This document shows positions 48,948 to 60,330 of a DNA stretch of 64,000 nucleotides, piece by piece (position 1 is the stretch's first letter; each line of letters starts with the position of its first letter). The translations under genes and the position numbers were made by a program. Origin of the DNA: Patescibacteria group bacterium (GTDB taxonomy: Bacteria; Patescibacteriota; JAHJAL01); the NCBI GenBank assembly GCA_049322675.1, contig JBMORM010000009.1:16934-80933 (forward strand), given 5' to 3'. The notes under the pieces were generated by a model. It did no database searches and was not told the origin of the DNA. It saw only the letters and a program-made list of their open reading frames with translations.

Positions 48948-51665
48948 CTAAGCAAGTCTTTTGTTAAAAAAAGATGGATTATTTGATAGTTTATTTTCAA
49001 AATATTTTTCTATTTCAATGATGATAAAAAGCGAAAGTCCTAAGCAAATAATCAAAATAAAATCTTGGTATTTTAGTTGGGAAAGGGAGAAAATATTTCT
49101 AAAGAAAGGAACATATAAAACAAGGATTTGAACAAGAGATGTAAGGATTGTGACATAATTTAAAAATTTATTTCCAAAAAGATTAAACGAGAATTGAGAT
49201 TGACCCAATGAGCGACAGGCATAGACACCAAAGATGGAAAAAAATGAGGTTAGAGCAAAAATCACTGTGCGTGCATATTGCAAGTCGGTGTGAGATAGAA
49301 AAAAATTGTAGGTGAAAAAAGATATTATTGTAATTGATATTCCTATTGTCGCAATCCTTCGCCACATCATATAAGTAATAAATTTTTCTGTTTGAGGCCT
49401 GGGCGGCCTTTCCATAATATCTTTTTCTGGTTTTTCGAAAATTAAAGCTTCATCAATTAACCCGTCTGTTACTAAATTCGTCCATAAAATCTGTGTTGGT
49501 AAAAGAGGAAGGGGCATTCTCAAAATAAGTGCCAAAAAAATAATTCCCATTTCACCAATATTATGACCTAGTAGATACAGAACTGATTTTTTTATATTGT
49601 CATATAATAGACGACCATATTTTATTGCGTCAACAATTCTGGAAAAGTCATTTTCTAAAAGAATGATCTCGGCGGCTTCTTTTGCGACATCTGTCCCGTT
49701 GCCCATCGCAATGCCAACGTCAGCTTTTTTTAAAGCTGGAGCATCATTTACGCCGTCGCCTGTCATTGCCACAACTTGACCGTTTTTCTGCCAATAGTCA
49801 ATAATCATCATTTTTTGTTCGGGGAGAGTGCGGGCAAATATTAAAATATTGCTAGCTTTTTTTTCAAATTCTTCCTGAGACATTTTTGCTAGGGTTTCAC
49901 CCGTAATGATATTTTCATCTTCAATCTTTATTCCTAAAGATTTAGCTATATTTACAGCTGTATAAGGATGATCCCCAGTAATGATAATTGTTTTTAGCCC
50001 CGCCTCAGATGCTAGTTTAAAAGAAGGCTGAGCAGTAGGTCTTATTGGATCGATCATGGCAACAAGACCCAAAAACACAATTCCGTATTTCAGGTTAGTT
50101 TCATTGAGTTCTAATTCACCACTGTTTGCTACCTCCTTGTAAGCAACAGCTAACATGCGGTAAGATTTTTGCGCCAAATCATCGGCCGAATCAAGAATGT
50201 CTTTTTTATCTTTTGCGTTCAGTTTAACTGTTTTGCCAGCTATATTTTGATAGGAACATTTTTCAATTATATTTTCTGGCGACCCTTTTAGAAAAATATA
50301 TCTTTTTTTTGACAATGGACAACTATTGAGAGTTGCCATGAAATTTTGACCGGAGACAAAAGGCATTGTCTGCTCTCGAGGACAATCATCTATCAGTTTG
50401 TCTGGATCCATGTTGGCTTTTGCAGCGGCAGCAATTAAGGCAGACTCTGTGGGATCGCCTATAGCAACCCATTCTCCTCTATTATTTTTCTTGATTCTAC
50501 TATCATTACATACTGTTCCCGCTAGCAACAATAATTCAAGTTCCGGATAATTTATAGGTTTTACAGTTTTATTATCAAGGAAATAATTGCCTTCAGGCGA
50601 GTAATCTGTTTGGTCGATAGAGAAAATATTTTTGTCCGCAAGCATTATTTTTTTAACAGCTAGCTTGTTTTCAGTTAAAGTACCTGTTTTATCAAGACAT
50701 ATGATCGAAGTAGATCCTAGTGTTTCCGCCGCGGGCAAGTGCTTGACGACTACTTTTTTTCTTGCCAATTTAGCGACAGTTACAACTAAACATATTGATA
50801 TAATAATTGGAAAGCTTTCTGGAATTGCTGCTACGCTAATGCTGATTGCTAAAATAATTAGATCATATATGCTTTTTTCTAAAATTAATCCTGTAATTAT
50901 GAAAACAATCGCAATGATTAATACCATCAAGGAAATGATTTTTGTGAACGATGTGATTTTCTTTTGAAGAGGAGTTTTATTTCTTTTTATTGAGATAGTT
51001 TTGGCAGATATTTTTCCAAACTCTGTTTCTATCCCAATAGATGTGACAATGGCCACGCCGGAGCCCGAGGAAACGTATGTACCCTGAAACAACATATTAT
51101 TTCGTTCATTTAATGGTGAATTTACATCAATGATTACTGCTCTTTTTTCTTTTGGTTCAGCTTCTCCGGTTAAGATTGATTCATTCGTGGTCATGAACTC
51201 TGTTTGAATAATCCTAGCATCTGCCGGAATTTTGTCTCCATTATCAACTCTAATAATGTCTCCTGGCACAATATCCTCAGAAAAACATTGTTGCCAATTT
51301 CCTTCTCTAAGGATTTTGACTCTGGTTTCAGAGATCTGGGCTAGAGCGGATACAATTTTGTCTGAACGATATTCTTCAATAAATCCAATGATAAATTCGA
51401 TGGTTATAATCGCCAAAATAATATACAGATCCTGTAAATGGCCAACAAAGTATGTTAGAATAGCGGAAGCAATCAAAATCATTATTAGGGGGTCAAGAAG
51501 TTGGTTTATTATGAGTTTATAGATAGTGAAAGGTTTCTCTTGCGGAAGTAAATTTTTTCCGTGCTTTTTAATTCTATTTTCTACCTCCGATGAATTTAAT
51601 CCCGTTTTTTCTGATGAATTTAGTTTTTCAATAGTTTTTTTGGCAGAAAGAGAGTAGTAATTCAT
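48948..51665 (-). CDS. P-type II (Ca2+-like) cation-transporting ATPase
   Basis: LTGE, IPES, DKTGTLT, KGSPE, TGD, GDGVNDAPAL, NLVTD. Confidence 0.94.
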   Translation of the reverse strand: MNYYSLSAKKTIEKLNSSEKTGLNSSEVENRIKKHGKNLLPQEKPFTIYKLIINQLLDPLIMILIASAILTYFVGHLQDLYIILAIITIEFIIGFIEEYRSDKIVSALAQISETRVKILREGNWQQCFSEDIVPGDIIRVDNGDKIPADARIIQTEFMTTNESILTGEAEPKEKRAVIIDVNSPLNERNNMLFQGTYVSSGSGVAIVTSIGIETEFGKISAKTISIKRNKTPLQKKITSFTKIISLMVLIIAIVFIITGLILEKSIYDLIILAISISVAAIPESFPIIISICLVVTVAKLARKKVVVKHLPAAETLGSTSIICLDKTGTLTENKLAVKKIMLADKNIFSIDQTDYSPEGNYFLDNKTVKPINYPELELLLLAGTVCNDSRIKKNNRGEWVAIGDPTESALIAAAAKANMDPDKLIDDCPREQTMPFVSGQNFMATLNSCPLSKKRYIFLKGSPENIIEKCSYQNIAGKTVKLNAKDKKDILDSADDLAQKSYRMLAVAYKEVANSGELELNETNLKYGIVFLGLVAMIDPIRPTAQPSFKLASEAGLKTIIITGDHPYTAVNIAKSLGIKIEDENIITGETLAKMSQEEFEKKASNILIFARTLPEQKMMIIDYWQKNGQVVAMTGDGVNDAPALKKADVGIAMGNGTDVAKEAAEIILLENDFSRIVDAIKYGRLLYDNIKKSVLYLLGHNIGEMGIIFLALILRMPLPLLPTQILWTNLVTDGLIDEALIFEKPEKDIMERPPRPQTEKFITYMMWRRIATIGISITIISFFTYNFFLSHTDLQYARTVIFALTSFFSIFGVYACRSLGQSQFSFNLFGNKFLNYVTILTSLVQILVLYVPFFRNIFSLSQLKYQDFILIICLGLSLFIIIEIEKYFENKLSNNPSFFNKRLA

Positions 51666-51750
51666 ATTTTGATTTTTTGTAAAATAAATTTATTCAAAAA
51701 TATACATTATATTTGTTATTATATAATATTTTATCTTTAGACATACTATT

Positions 51751-53004
51751 ATGAAGAATACACCGACAGAATCTTCATCCAATGAGAAAAAAGCAGGCAG
51801 ATTTCCAACTAAAATTTTGTCTCTGGCCAAAGACAAAGTAAAGGAGAATAAGTACGGAAAAGACAGTTATTTTCTTGTCGAGGGTAGTGACAAATTATAT
51901 TATTGCGACAAAGATGGTCAAGAATACGTTTTTTTGAATTCAAAAGATGATCTAATTACTATGGAAGAAGTAAAACTAAAGAATGAGAAAAAAAAATCTT
52001 ATCTTGATTATTTGGTTGACAGCGACATTGATTATTTAAGTTCGAATTCAAATCTTTGTATCAAAGATCTTGAGATAATTAATCAATCTCGAAATAGACT
52101 TTTTGCCTTGCAGAACTTTGGTTTTTTTCTTTTAAAAGAACAAGATACGGTTAAACTCTGTATAAAAACTAGTAACGATGGGAATTTTAATATTATTAAC
52201 TCTTCTTTTTCGCTTGAATGGAAGGATATAAAATCAGAAATAATTCCTCTCTCAGAAAACGAAGCAAAGGATTTCATCAATAAGAACAATGTTTTTTCCA
52301 AAAAAAATAAGGACCAGATTATTGTCATGCCAACCTCCAAATCCAAGACAGAAAAAGAGAGTGATTTAAAAAATATAGAAGAAAAAGTATTCTCAGATAA
52401 AAAAGAAACTAGAGACGAAAACCAGAGTCATGATGACAGTCTTGAAGAAAAAGATATTATTAATAATTTGCTTTATTGGCAAGATTCAAAGACGGTTAAA
52501 TTTCGTTACGCCGAAAATTGGTGCGGGATAAATGTATGGCGAGAGACAAATGATATATGGGGTATTGCCCGCAGAGTCCGAAATTTCTTCGCGGAAAAGA
52601 GAGGAAATTTTTTTGATAATGAACGATATAAATTGTTGTGGGAAAGTGATTATAGACATTTTGTCAATCAATATCGAAAAATGGCTTGGATAAAAAATGA
52701 TCTGGGAAAAATAATATCAGAAAATTGTTCATATATTTTTAACGATTCCAGATCCTGGATAGATCAATTACCCTCAGAAATACAGAAAAAAATGGTTGTT
52801 GATTATATTAATAAGGAAATAAAATCGGAGATTTCTTGCGATTGCGCGATTGATTTTTGGGGCAAAAAAGACAATATTGACACTTTGGTCAAAAACATAA
52901 ACATCAAAAATTCTGAAAACGAATCAGGAATCAACAATATTGATCAGTCTTTTTTTCAAAAAGCAAAAAACAGAATTGTTGGTTGGTTTAGCAAAAAAAA
53001 GTAA
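51751..53004 (+). CDS. Hypothetical protein
   Basis: 417-aa ORF, K/N/D/E-rich; no family recognised. Confidence 0.65.
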   Translation: MKNTPTESSSNEKKAGRFPTKILSLAKDKVKENKYGKDSYFLVEGSDKLYYCDKDGQEYVFLNSKDDLITMEEVKLKNEKKKSYLDYLVDSDIDYLSSNSNLCIKDLEIINQSRNRLFALQNFGFFLLKEQDTVKLCIKTSNDGNFNIINSSFSLEWKDIKSEIIPLSENEAKDFINKNNVFSKKNKDQIIVMPTSKSKTEKESDLKNIEEKVFSDKKETRDENQSHDDSLEEKDIINNLLYWQDSKTVKFRYAENWCGINVWRETNDIWGIARRVRNFFAEKRGNFFDNERYKLLWESDYRHFVNQYRKMAWIKNDLGKIISENCSYIFNDSRSWIDQLPSEIQKKMVVDYINKEIKSEISCDCAIDFWGKKDNIDTLVKNINIKNSENESGINNIDQSFFQKAKNRIVGWFSKKK

Positions 53005-53057
53005 TTTTATTGCTCCCGTTGCTAAAGAGTGTTATTTTATTAATGTGAAAGAAAATT

Positions 53058-53131
53058 GGGCGATTAGCTCAGATGGTTAGAGCGCGTCACTGATAATGAC
53101 GAGGTCGGAGGTTCGATTCCCCCATCGCCCA
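53058..53131 (+). tRNA. tRNA-Ile(GAT)
   Basis: GGGCGAT/ATCGCCC acceptor, CGTCA-CT-GAT-AA-TGACG anticodon arm, TTCGATT loop; CCA not encoded. Confidence 0.96.
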
Positions 53132-53135
53132 CTTT

Positions 53136-53162
53136 AAAAACAAGACAAATGTCTTGTTTTTT
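53136..53162. terminator. Bidirectional terminator between tRNA-Ile and the convergent CDS
   Basis: AAAAACAAGACA-aa-TGTCTTGTTTTT. Confidence 0.7.
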
Positions 53163-53166
53163 GTAC

Positions 53167-54441
53167 TTAAATAGTAAATTTTGTTTCAGCAAAAAATTTG
53201 GTATGACTTTGACCAAAGTATCCATTTAATTCTGCTCGATATTGCCCTCGATCCAAAGAATATTTATATTGCCAGTTGGTTGTTATTTTTCTGGTGCTCC
53301 CAGGTAAAACGTTTTCAATATCGAGATCTATTTCAGCGATTATATTATTTTTTGCATCATAAACTGTGATGGCTCCAAATGGTTTAAAATGAACATTCCC
53401 AGTATTGGAAAATTCTAATATTAATTCAATGTTGTTAGTATTTTTATTTATAGAAGAATAAAATTTTTCCACTGATCCACTTTCGGAAAGTTCACTACCG
53501 TTGACTCTGAGTAATACCAATGATCCGATCCCACTTTGTACAGCTAATTTGTTTGGATCAGAATTTTGATCTGAATTTTTAGTCATAAAAGTTAATGCAG
53601 CATAACGTCCACCGGCCTTGGCGTCTGGGGGTATACTTAAGTGAAATTTTATTTCTTTTTGACTTGCTGGTTCTAATACTATTTGAGGTGGATCAAAACT
53701 AATCCAATCTTTCATGGCATAATCTGTGTTTTTGTCTGTCATTTCCGGAACTCCATCTGAGTTTCCTTCTTTAGGTAAAAAGTTTTGAATTGATATTTCC
53801 AGCAACATAGGTTTGCTGCTAGGATTCTTTATTGTTTCAACAATAGACAATTGTTCACCTGGATTTCCCGTCAGCTCGTCAAATAATACGGGGTTGATTT
53901 TTGGCGCTTGATTAGCATAATTGGTTGGTTCATCGATTGTTTCAATGTTATTTTCTGAGCTTGAAATACTATCCCCTTCTATCCCTCGGTCAATTGTTTC
54001 AGGTTTAAGAAGTAAATATTTTATTTTTAATATATATCCTTGGCTTTCCTTTTTAGTACTATAAACAACGCCACATCTTTCAGTGTCTTGGTTAATTTTG
54101 CCACATTCTTCTGGAAGTGATGGTTCTTTATCTATTACTTTTCTATTTCCGCTCCAAAGATATTCTATGTGATTGTCAGGCGGGTAAAAACCATTGATTG
54201 TGTAATATGCTTCCAGAGCTATAGTTATTTGTTCAGTTGTTGCTTTTATTTCATGATCTTTAGCTTTGGTTTGTACTTGGGAGATATCGCTTTGTATTTT
54301 TTTACTATCCAAAGTGGGAGAAATTTTTATTAAAACAAAAATAATAATTCCTCCAATTGTCAGCAAGGACAACATTATGGCGATGATCAGAAAGTAAATA
54401 ATTTTATTTTCTGATTTGTTTTGAAAAAAATTCGTTTCCAT
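53167..54441 (-). CDS. Membrane-anchored protein: pseudopilin(GspG)-like domain fused to DUF916-like Ig domains
   Basis: TM, AKDHEIK...IALEAYYTINGFYP; then NPGE, WISF, IPPDAKAGGRY, LVLLRV, NTGNVH, VLPG. Confidence 0.6.
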   Translation of the reverse strand: METNFFQNKSENKIIYFLIIAIMLSLLTIGGIIIFVLIKISPTLDSKKIQSDISQVQTKAKDHEIKATTEQITIALEAYYTINGFYPPDNHIEYLWSGNRKVIDKEPSLPEECGKINQDTERCGVVYSTKKESQGYILKIKYLLLKPETIDRGIEGDSISSSENNIETIDEPTNYANQAPKINPVLFDELTGNPGEQLSIVETIKNPSSKPMLLEISIQNFLPKEGNSDGVPEMTDKNTDYAMKDWISFDPPQIVLEPASQKEIKFHLSIPPDAKAGGRYAALTFMTKNSDQNSDPNKLAVQSGIGSLVLLRVNGSELSESGSVEKFYSSINKNTNNIELILEFSNTGNVHFKPFGAITVYDAKNNIIAEIDLDIENVLPGSTRKITTNWQYKYSLDRGQYRAELNGYFGQSHTKFFAETKFTI

Positions 54442-54449
54442 TTTTGCAT

Positions 54450-54482
54450 AAAAAAATAATCCACTTTGATTGTGGATTTTTT
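54450..54482 (-). terminator. Terminator of the 16S rRNA transcript
   Basis: AATCCAC...GTGGATT stem followed by a U-tract on the minus strand. Confidence 0.6.
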
Positions 54483-54697
54483 ATTATACTTTTGCAAGAG
54501 TTAACCACATTTTAATGACAAGAAGATTAGACCTGACAAGTGAATCACAAAATGTAAACATTTTGCATCGACCTCTAAGGTAGTTATCACTTTTTGGAGA
54601 TCATATCGTTAAAGGCTAGAAACCAGAAAACGAAAAGGTAAACCAGTTACTAGTCCTTAACAAAATGATCTCCAAACAAGGAAACTAAATAATCCCT

Positions 54698-56197
<1,500 letters not shown>

Positions 56198-56232
56198 AAG
56201 AAAAAAAATGCGAAATGAATTGAAATTGAACA

Positions 56233-56272
56233 AGGTCTTTATCTTCTTGCCAATAAAATGTTGTTAAAGTTA
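56233..56272 (-). promoter_or_regulatory. 16S leader arm of the processing stem with boxA-like motif (pairs with 54501-54534)
   Basis: AGGTCTTTATCTTCTTGCCAATAAAATGTTGTTAA is an imperfect inverted copy of 54501-54534; minus strand has boxA-like AACTTTAACA. Confidence 0.7.
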
Positions 56273-56314
56273 CAAAATAAATACATGATTCACATGTATT
56301 ATCTTACATGTAAT

Positions 56315-56343
56315 AACTTATCATAGTCATTTTTTAATGTCAA
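56315..56343 (-). promoter_or_regulatory. Sigma70-type rRNA promoter
   Basis: TTGACA-N17-TAAGTT with extended TG. Confidence 0.6.
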
Positions 56344-56422
56344 AGAGTTTTTTAAATTATTATCAAAAAGAAGCAAAATGTTTGCTTCTTTTAATACAAA
56401 AATAATGAAAAAATATCTTAAT

Positions 56423-56965
56423 TTAGTTGAGGACATTTTCGATACACGCCCAATCACTATCTTCGTTGGCAGGAATGATGATAGTGACTTCATTGCCCGG
56501 GTTCGCTTTAAAATATGTTACAGATGCCAATAAAACATTATATTTTTTTCCATTTGCCATGACAAAGAAATGAATTCCATCTTGCTGGAGCATTCCAATG
56601 ACTGATTTTCTATCAACCGGCCCGATTTGTTTGTAAATAAACTTTCCATCCGGCATAATGGTTAGTTTTAAAATATCTCCTGCAACTAACTTTGATTTAC
56701 TGGCATAGTTTGCCGGAACAGGATATTTTTTTCCCTCGGCGTCTATCATAGTTTGACCGTCAAAAACACCTTCGATTATTTTAGCTAGCGATTGATCTGA
56801 AATTGGAATGTTATTTTCTAATGGTTCAATATTTGCTTTCGCTTCTCTAATGGATTGTATTTCTCCTCCTTCTAATTCGGAGAGAATTGACTGTGCATTT
56901 TTTAGATTAGCAGATGCGATTTCTAATAATTTCTTTACAGATTCGATTTGAACATTGGTACTCAT
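56423..56965 (-). CDS. Conserved hypothetical protein of a family I recall as typical of CPR genomes
   Basis: IIEGVFDGQTM...YPVPANYASKSKLVAGD...KQIGPV; AGGAG SD. Confidence 0.75.
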   Translation of the reverse strand: MSTNVQIESVKKLLEIASANLKNAQSILSELEGGEIQSIREAKANIEPLENNIPISDQSLAKIIEGVFDGQTMIDAEGKKYPVPANYASKSKLVAGDILKLTIMPDGKFIYKQIGPVDRKSVIGMLQQDGIHFFVMANGKKYNVLLASVTYFKANPGNEVTIIIPANEDSDWACIENVLN

Positions 56966-57073
56966 TTGTTTCTCCTTAGGTTTGTTTTTTATTATATTTT
57001 ATATTCTCAATATTAAGTAAATTATATATCAAGATTTTATATATGGAAAATGTACTTTTTTTACTTTAATATG

Positions 57074-57161
57074 ACTTTAACATATATGCCATACTGTGTC
57101 AAGATTTATTATGTTTTTTTTGATTATGGGTATTGACTATATTCATTTTTTTATTTATAAT
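57074..57161. promoter_or_regulatory. Back-to-back divergent sigma70-type promoters
   Basis: Minus: TTGACA(57097-57102)-N17-TAAAGT. Plus: TTGACT(57133-57138)-N17-TATAAT. Confidence 0.6.
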
Positions 57162-57219
57162 AGTTGGAGTGAGATAGTATTTGTGTATTATATAGTGATA
57201 GTAATATTTAAATAAAAAT

Positions 57220-57579
57220 ATGGTTGTTCTTTCGGGGTCTGATCAGATAGAAAATAATGACTTTAATCGTCAAGTTCCTACATTGGAGGGGCAGGATTTT
57301 TTGAGTCTAAATGAAAGCAAGCAACAATCCAAACCTGCTGATTTAAAGCCAAGATTTGGAGAAGGGTTAAAAGTTAATCAAAAAAAATCAGAATTGCCCG
57401 AGCGAACTATTGAAGGGTCACAAACAACTGAAAAGTCACAAACAACTCAACAGAAGAATAGTTTAACTCTAGGAAATAAGCCAATTGTTATGTTAGAGAA
57501 ACTTTACAATGATACAGCTTTTGATCCCTGCAAAGAAACTACAGAGTTAATTGAAATATTAAGAAGTTTAGATAAATAA
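57220..57579 (+). CDS. Hypothetical, likely disordered protein
   Basis: 119-aa polar ORF between the promoter and the ATPase gene. Confidence 0.55.
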   Translation: MVVLSGSDQIENNDFNRQVPTLEGQDFLSLNESKQQSKPADLKPRFGEGLKVNQKKSELPERTIEGSQTTEKSQTTQQKNSLTLGNKPIVMLEKLYNDTAFDPCKETTELIEILRSLDK

Positions 57580-57606
57580 AAACAAAAGATAGATAATTTT
57601 CGTTTA

Positions 57607-60066
57607 ATGGATTTTTTCTATTATATTGGCTTTGCTTTACTAGGCTCAGTTTTTTTATTTTTGATACTGTGGCTTGTTTTTTTGTATGTAAAAAAACACT
57701 TACGCAACCAGGAGAGTTTCAAAAAGACTCTCAATATGACTTTTTTACAGGTTAGGGTTCAAAAAGAAGCTCCTGAAGATGAAAGAAATTTAAAGCCAAA
57801 GGAAGTGATTGCCGTGGCCGAACACTTATACAATAGTTTTTATAGTATATATGCAGGTGGATGGAAAAATAAAATATTAGGAGAGCAGCATATAAGTATC
57901 GAAATTGCCACCAAAAAGGGCATGACGGATTTTTACGTTGTTATTCCCAGAAATTTGGTTGAGTTGGTGCGTAAACAAATGAATGCACAATTGCCAGATG
58001 CCATAATTGATGAAGTAGAAGGATATAATATATTCAATCCAGACTCAAAGTATGATGCTACTAGTTTGACTTTTAATAAAAATTTTATGTATCCGATTAA
58101 AACATATGATCAGATGGAATCGGATCCATTGAACAACATTACAAATGCTTTAAGCAAATTAGCAGAAGATGAAGGTGCAGCAATACAGTTTTTGATAAGA
58201 CCAATAGACAACAAGTGGCACAGGAGAGGGAAATATGCTGCTCATAATATGCAGCAAGGTAAACCAATTTTTGAGCAGAGTTGGCCGCTTAAGGTTTTAA
58301 ATTTTATTGGTCAAGCAATTACTTTTTTAATTAGTAATATTGCTAATCAGGCTACGGGTAACGAAAAGAATGTCAAAGCTGAAGATAAACCAATACAATT
58401 GACGCAGGTTCAAACAGAATTAATCAAGGCTTTGGAAGAAAAATCATCAAAAGTTGGCTTTGAAACAATGATTAGAATTATTTCTTCCTCAAGCAATGAA
58501 TTGTCTGCGAAAAGCAATATGGATAATATTTTCAGTGCCTTCAGCCAATTTTTGTCGCCTGACATGAACGGTTTTAAAAAGATTAATGACAAAAAAGAAA
58601 AAATTGTTAAGGACTATATTTTTCGAAGATTTGTCGATGATAGTAAAATGATTTTGAATACAAAGGAGTTGGCAACTGTTATTCATTTTCCTAATCAACA
58701 CGTTGATACACCAAACCTAAACTGGCTTTTGGCTAAAAGAGCACCAATGCCTCCTGACGCTCCCACACAGGGTTTGCAGCTTGGAGTAAATGTGTATCGC
58801 GGAGTGAGAAAAAATGTTTACATTGAAGATGGCGACGAAGGACGCGGAAGACATATATATAGTTTGGGCCGTACCGGTAGTGGTAAAACTCAATTTCTTT
58901 TCAGTATGATGAAGCAAGACATGGACAGTGGAAAAGGTTTTTGCGTTTTGGACCCGCATGGTGATTTGGCTGAAAAGGTTTTATATCATGTTCCAAGGGA
59001 GAGAGCGGATGACGTAATATATTTTGATCCTGGTGGCGACTTGGAGATGCCTATGGGTCTAAATCTATTTGAAGCTAGAAGTGACGAAGAAAAGGAATTG
59101 AGAGCAATGTCTGCTTTGAATATAATGATAAAAATGTTTGGCGAAGAAATATTTAGTCCGCGTTTGCAGGACTATTTTCGCAATGGTTGTCTTACATTGA
59201 TGGCCGATGATGAAAATCCAGGGACAATTGTCGATATAGTAAACCTGTTTACGGATGAAGAATATCAACTGGAAAAGGTGGCTAAAGTAAAAAATCCGAC
59301 GGTAAAATCTTGGTGGATAAAAGTATTTGGTTCTATGGGCTCAAGAGAGAAAGAAGAAATGATCCCTTATTTTGCGGCAAAGTTCGGTCAGTTTATAACT
59401 AACGTTACTGTTCGAAACACTTTGGGGCAATCGAGATCATCTTTTAATATTCGACAAGTTATGGATGAAGGAAAAATATTGATTGCAAATCTATCAAAGG
59501 GAAAATTGGGAGAGATAAATTCAAACTTGATTGGTATGATCTTGGCTGAAGAAATCACCATGGCTGCGTTGGCTAGAACTGATCAACCAGAAGAAAACCG
59601 TCGGCCGTTTTATTTATATGTTGATGAGTTTCAAAATTTTGCGACAAAAACTTTTGCGACGATATTGTCGGAAGCCAGGAAATACAAACTAAATTTAATT
59701 ATTGCTCACCAATTTATAGACCAACTCAGTGTTAACGGCAAAGAAGAAATAAGGGATGCAGTATTTGGTAACTGCGGAACGTATATAATATTCAGAACTT
59801 CAGCTAAAGATGCGGAATTTTTAGAAAAAGAATTTATGCCGGTTTTCAATAAATCAGATATATCTAATATCGACCAGTATGTGGCATATGTAAAATTGAT
59901 GGTAAAAGGTACTGTTAGTAAGGGATTTTCTATGTCAACCGTCTATTTAAATAACCCTCATAAAGAACTTGGAGAGGCAATCAGACAATTGTCTCGTTTA
60001 AAATTTGGCAGAGAGAGAGCAGAGGTAGACGAGGATATTAGAAGGAGATTAAAATTATTAGGTTAA
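57607..60066 (+). CDS. Membrane-anchored HerA/FtsK-superfamily ATPase (TraD/VirD4-like coupling-protein fold)
   Basis: N-terminal TM, RHIYSLGRTGSGKT, LDPHGDL, LYVDEFQNF, LSEARKY, IAHQF. Confidence 0.88.
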   Translation: MDFFYYIGFALLGSVFLFLILWLVFLYVKKHLRNQESFKKTLNMTFLQVRVQKEAPEDERNLKPKEVIAVAEHLYNSFYSIYAGGWKNKILGEQHISIEIATKKGMTDFYVVIPRNLVELVRKQMNAQLPDAIIDEVEGYNIFNPDSKYDATSLTFNKNFMYPIKTYDQMESDPLNNITNALSKLAEDEGAAIQFLIRPIDNKWHRRGKYAAHNMQQGKPIFEQSWPLKVLNFIGQAITFLISNIANQATGNEKNVKAEDKPIQLTQVQTELIKALEEKSSKVGFETMIRIISSSSNELSAKSNMDNIFSAFSQFLSPDMNGFKKINDKKEKIVKDYIFRRFVDDSKMILNTKELATVIHFPNQHVDTPNLNWLLAKRAPMPPDAPTQGLQLGVNVYRGVRKNVYIEDGDEGRGRHIYSLGRTGSGKTQFLFSMMKQDMDSGKGFCVLDPHGDLAEKVLYHVPRERADDVIYFDPGGDLEMPMGLNLFEARSDEEKELRAMSALNIMIKMFGEEIFSPRLQDYFRNGCLTLMADDENPGTIVDIVNLFTDEEYQLEKVAKVKNPTVKSWWIKVFGSMGSREKEEMIPYFAAKFGQFITNVTVRNTLGQSRSSFNIRQVMDEGKILIANLSKGKLGEINSNLIGMILAEEITMAALARTDQPEENRRPFYLYVDEFQNFATKTFATILSEARKYKLNLIIAHQFIDQLSVNGKEEIRDAVFGNCGTYIIFRTSAKDAEFLEKEFMPVFNKSDISNIDQYVAYVKLMVKGTVSKGFSMSTVYLNNPHKELGEAIRQLSRLKFGRERAEVDEDIRRRLKLLG

Positions 60067-60099
60067 TATTTTGATTTAAAAAAATAAAAATAAAAAAAA

Positions 60100-60330
60100 A
60101 TGAAGTCAATAAACGAAAGAAATGTAGACTCTTCTCTTTCGACACTTGAAGTATTAAAAAAACAATTTTCGGAAATGATGGGAACAATTGGAAAATTACG
60201 TGAAGAAAATATGGGTCTTAAATCTATGGTTGAAGAGTTGAAGAAGAGAAATTCTATGTTAGAAAAAAATATCGAAGAAATAAGTTTGATTGCCAATTTA
60301 AGAGTTAGTAAAAATAAAAATGAAAAATAG
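60100..60330 (+). CDS. Small coiled-coil protein
   Basis: Heptad pattern IGKLREENMGLKSMVEELKKRNSMLEKNI; co-oriented in the cluster. Confidence 0.6.
   Translation: MKSINERNVDSSLSTLEVLKKQFSEMMGTIGKLREENMGLKSMVEELKKRNSMLEKNIEEISLIANLRVSKNKNEK

Noticed and set aside
57607-60066. Integrative conjugative element
   Set aside because: No relaxase, integrase, mating-pair genes or att sites are present in the window.
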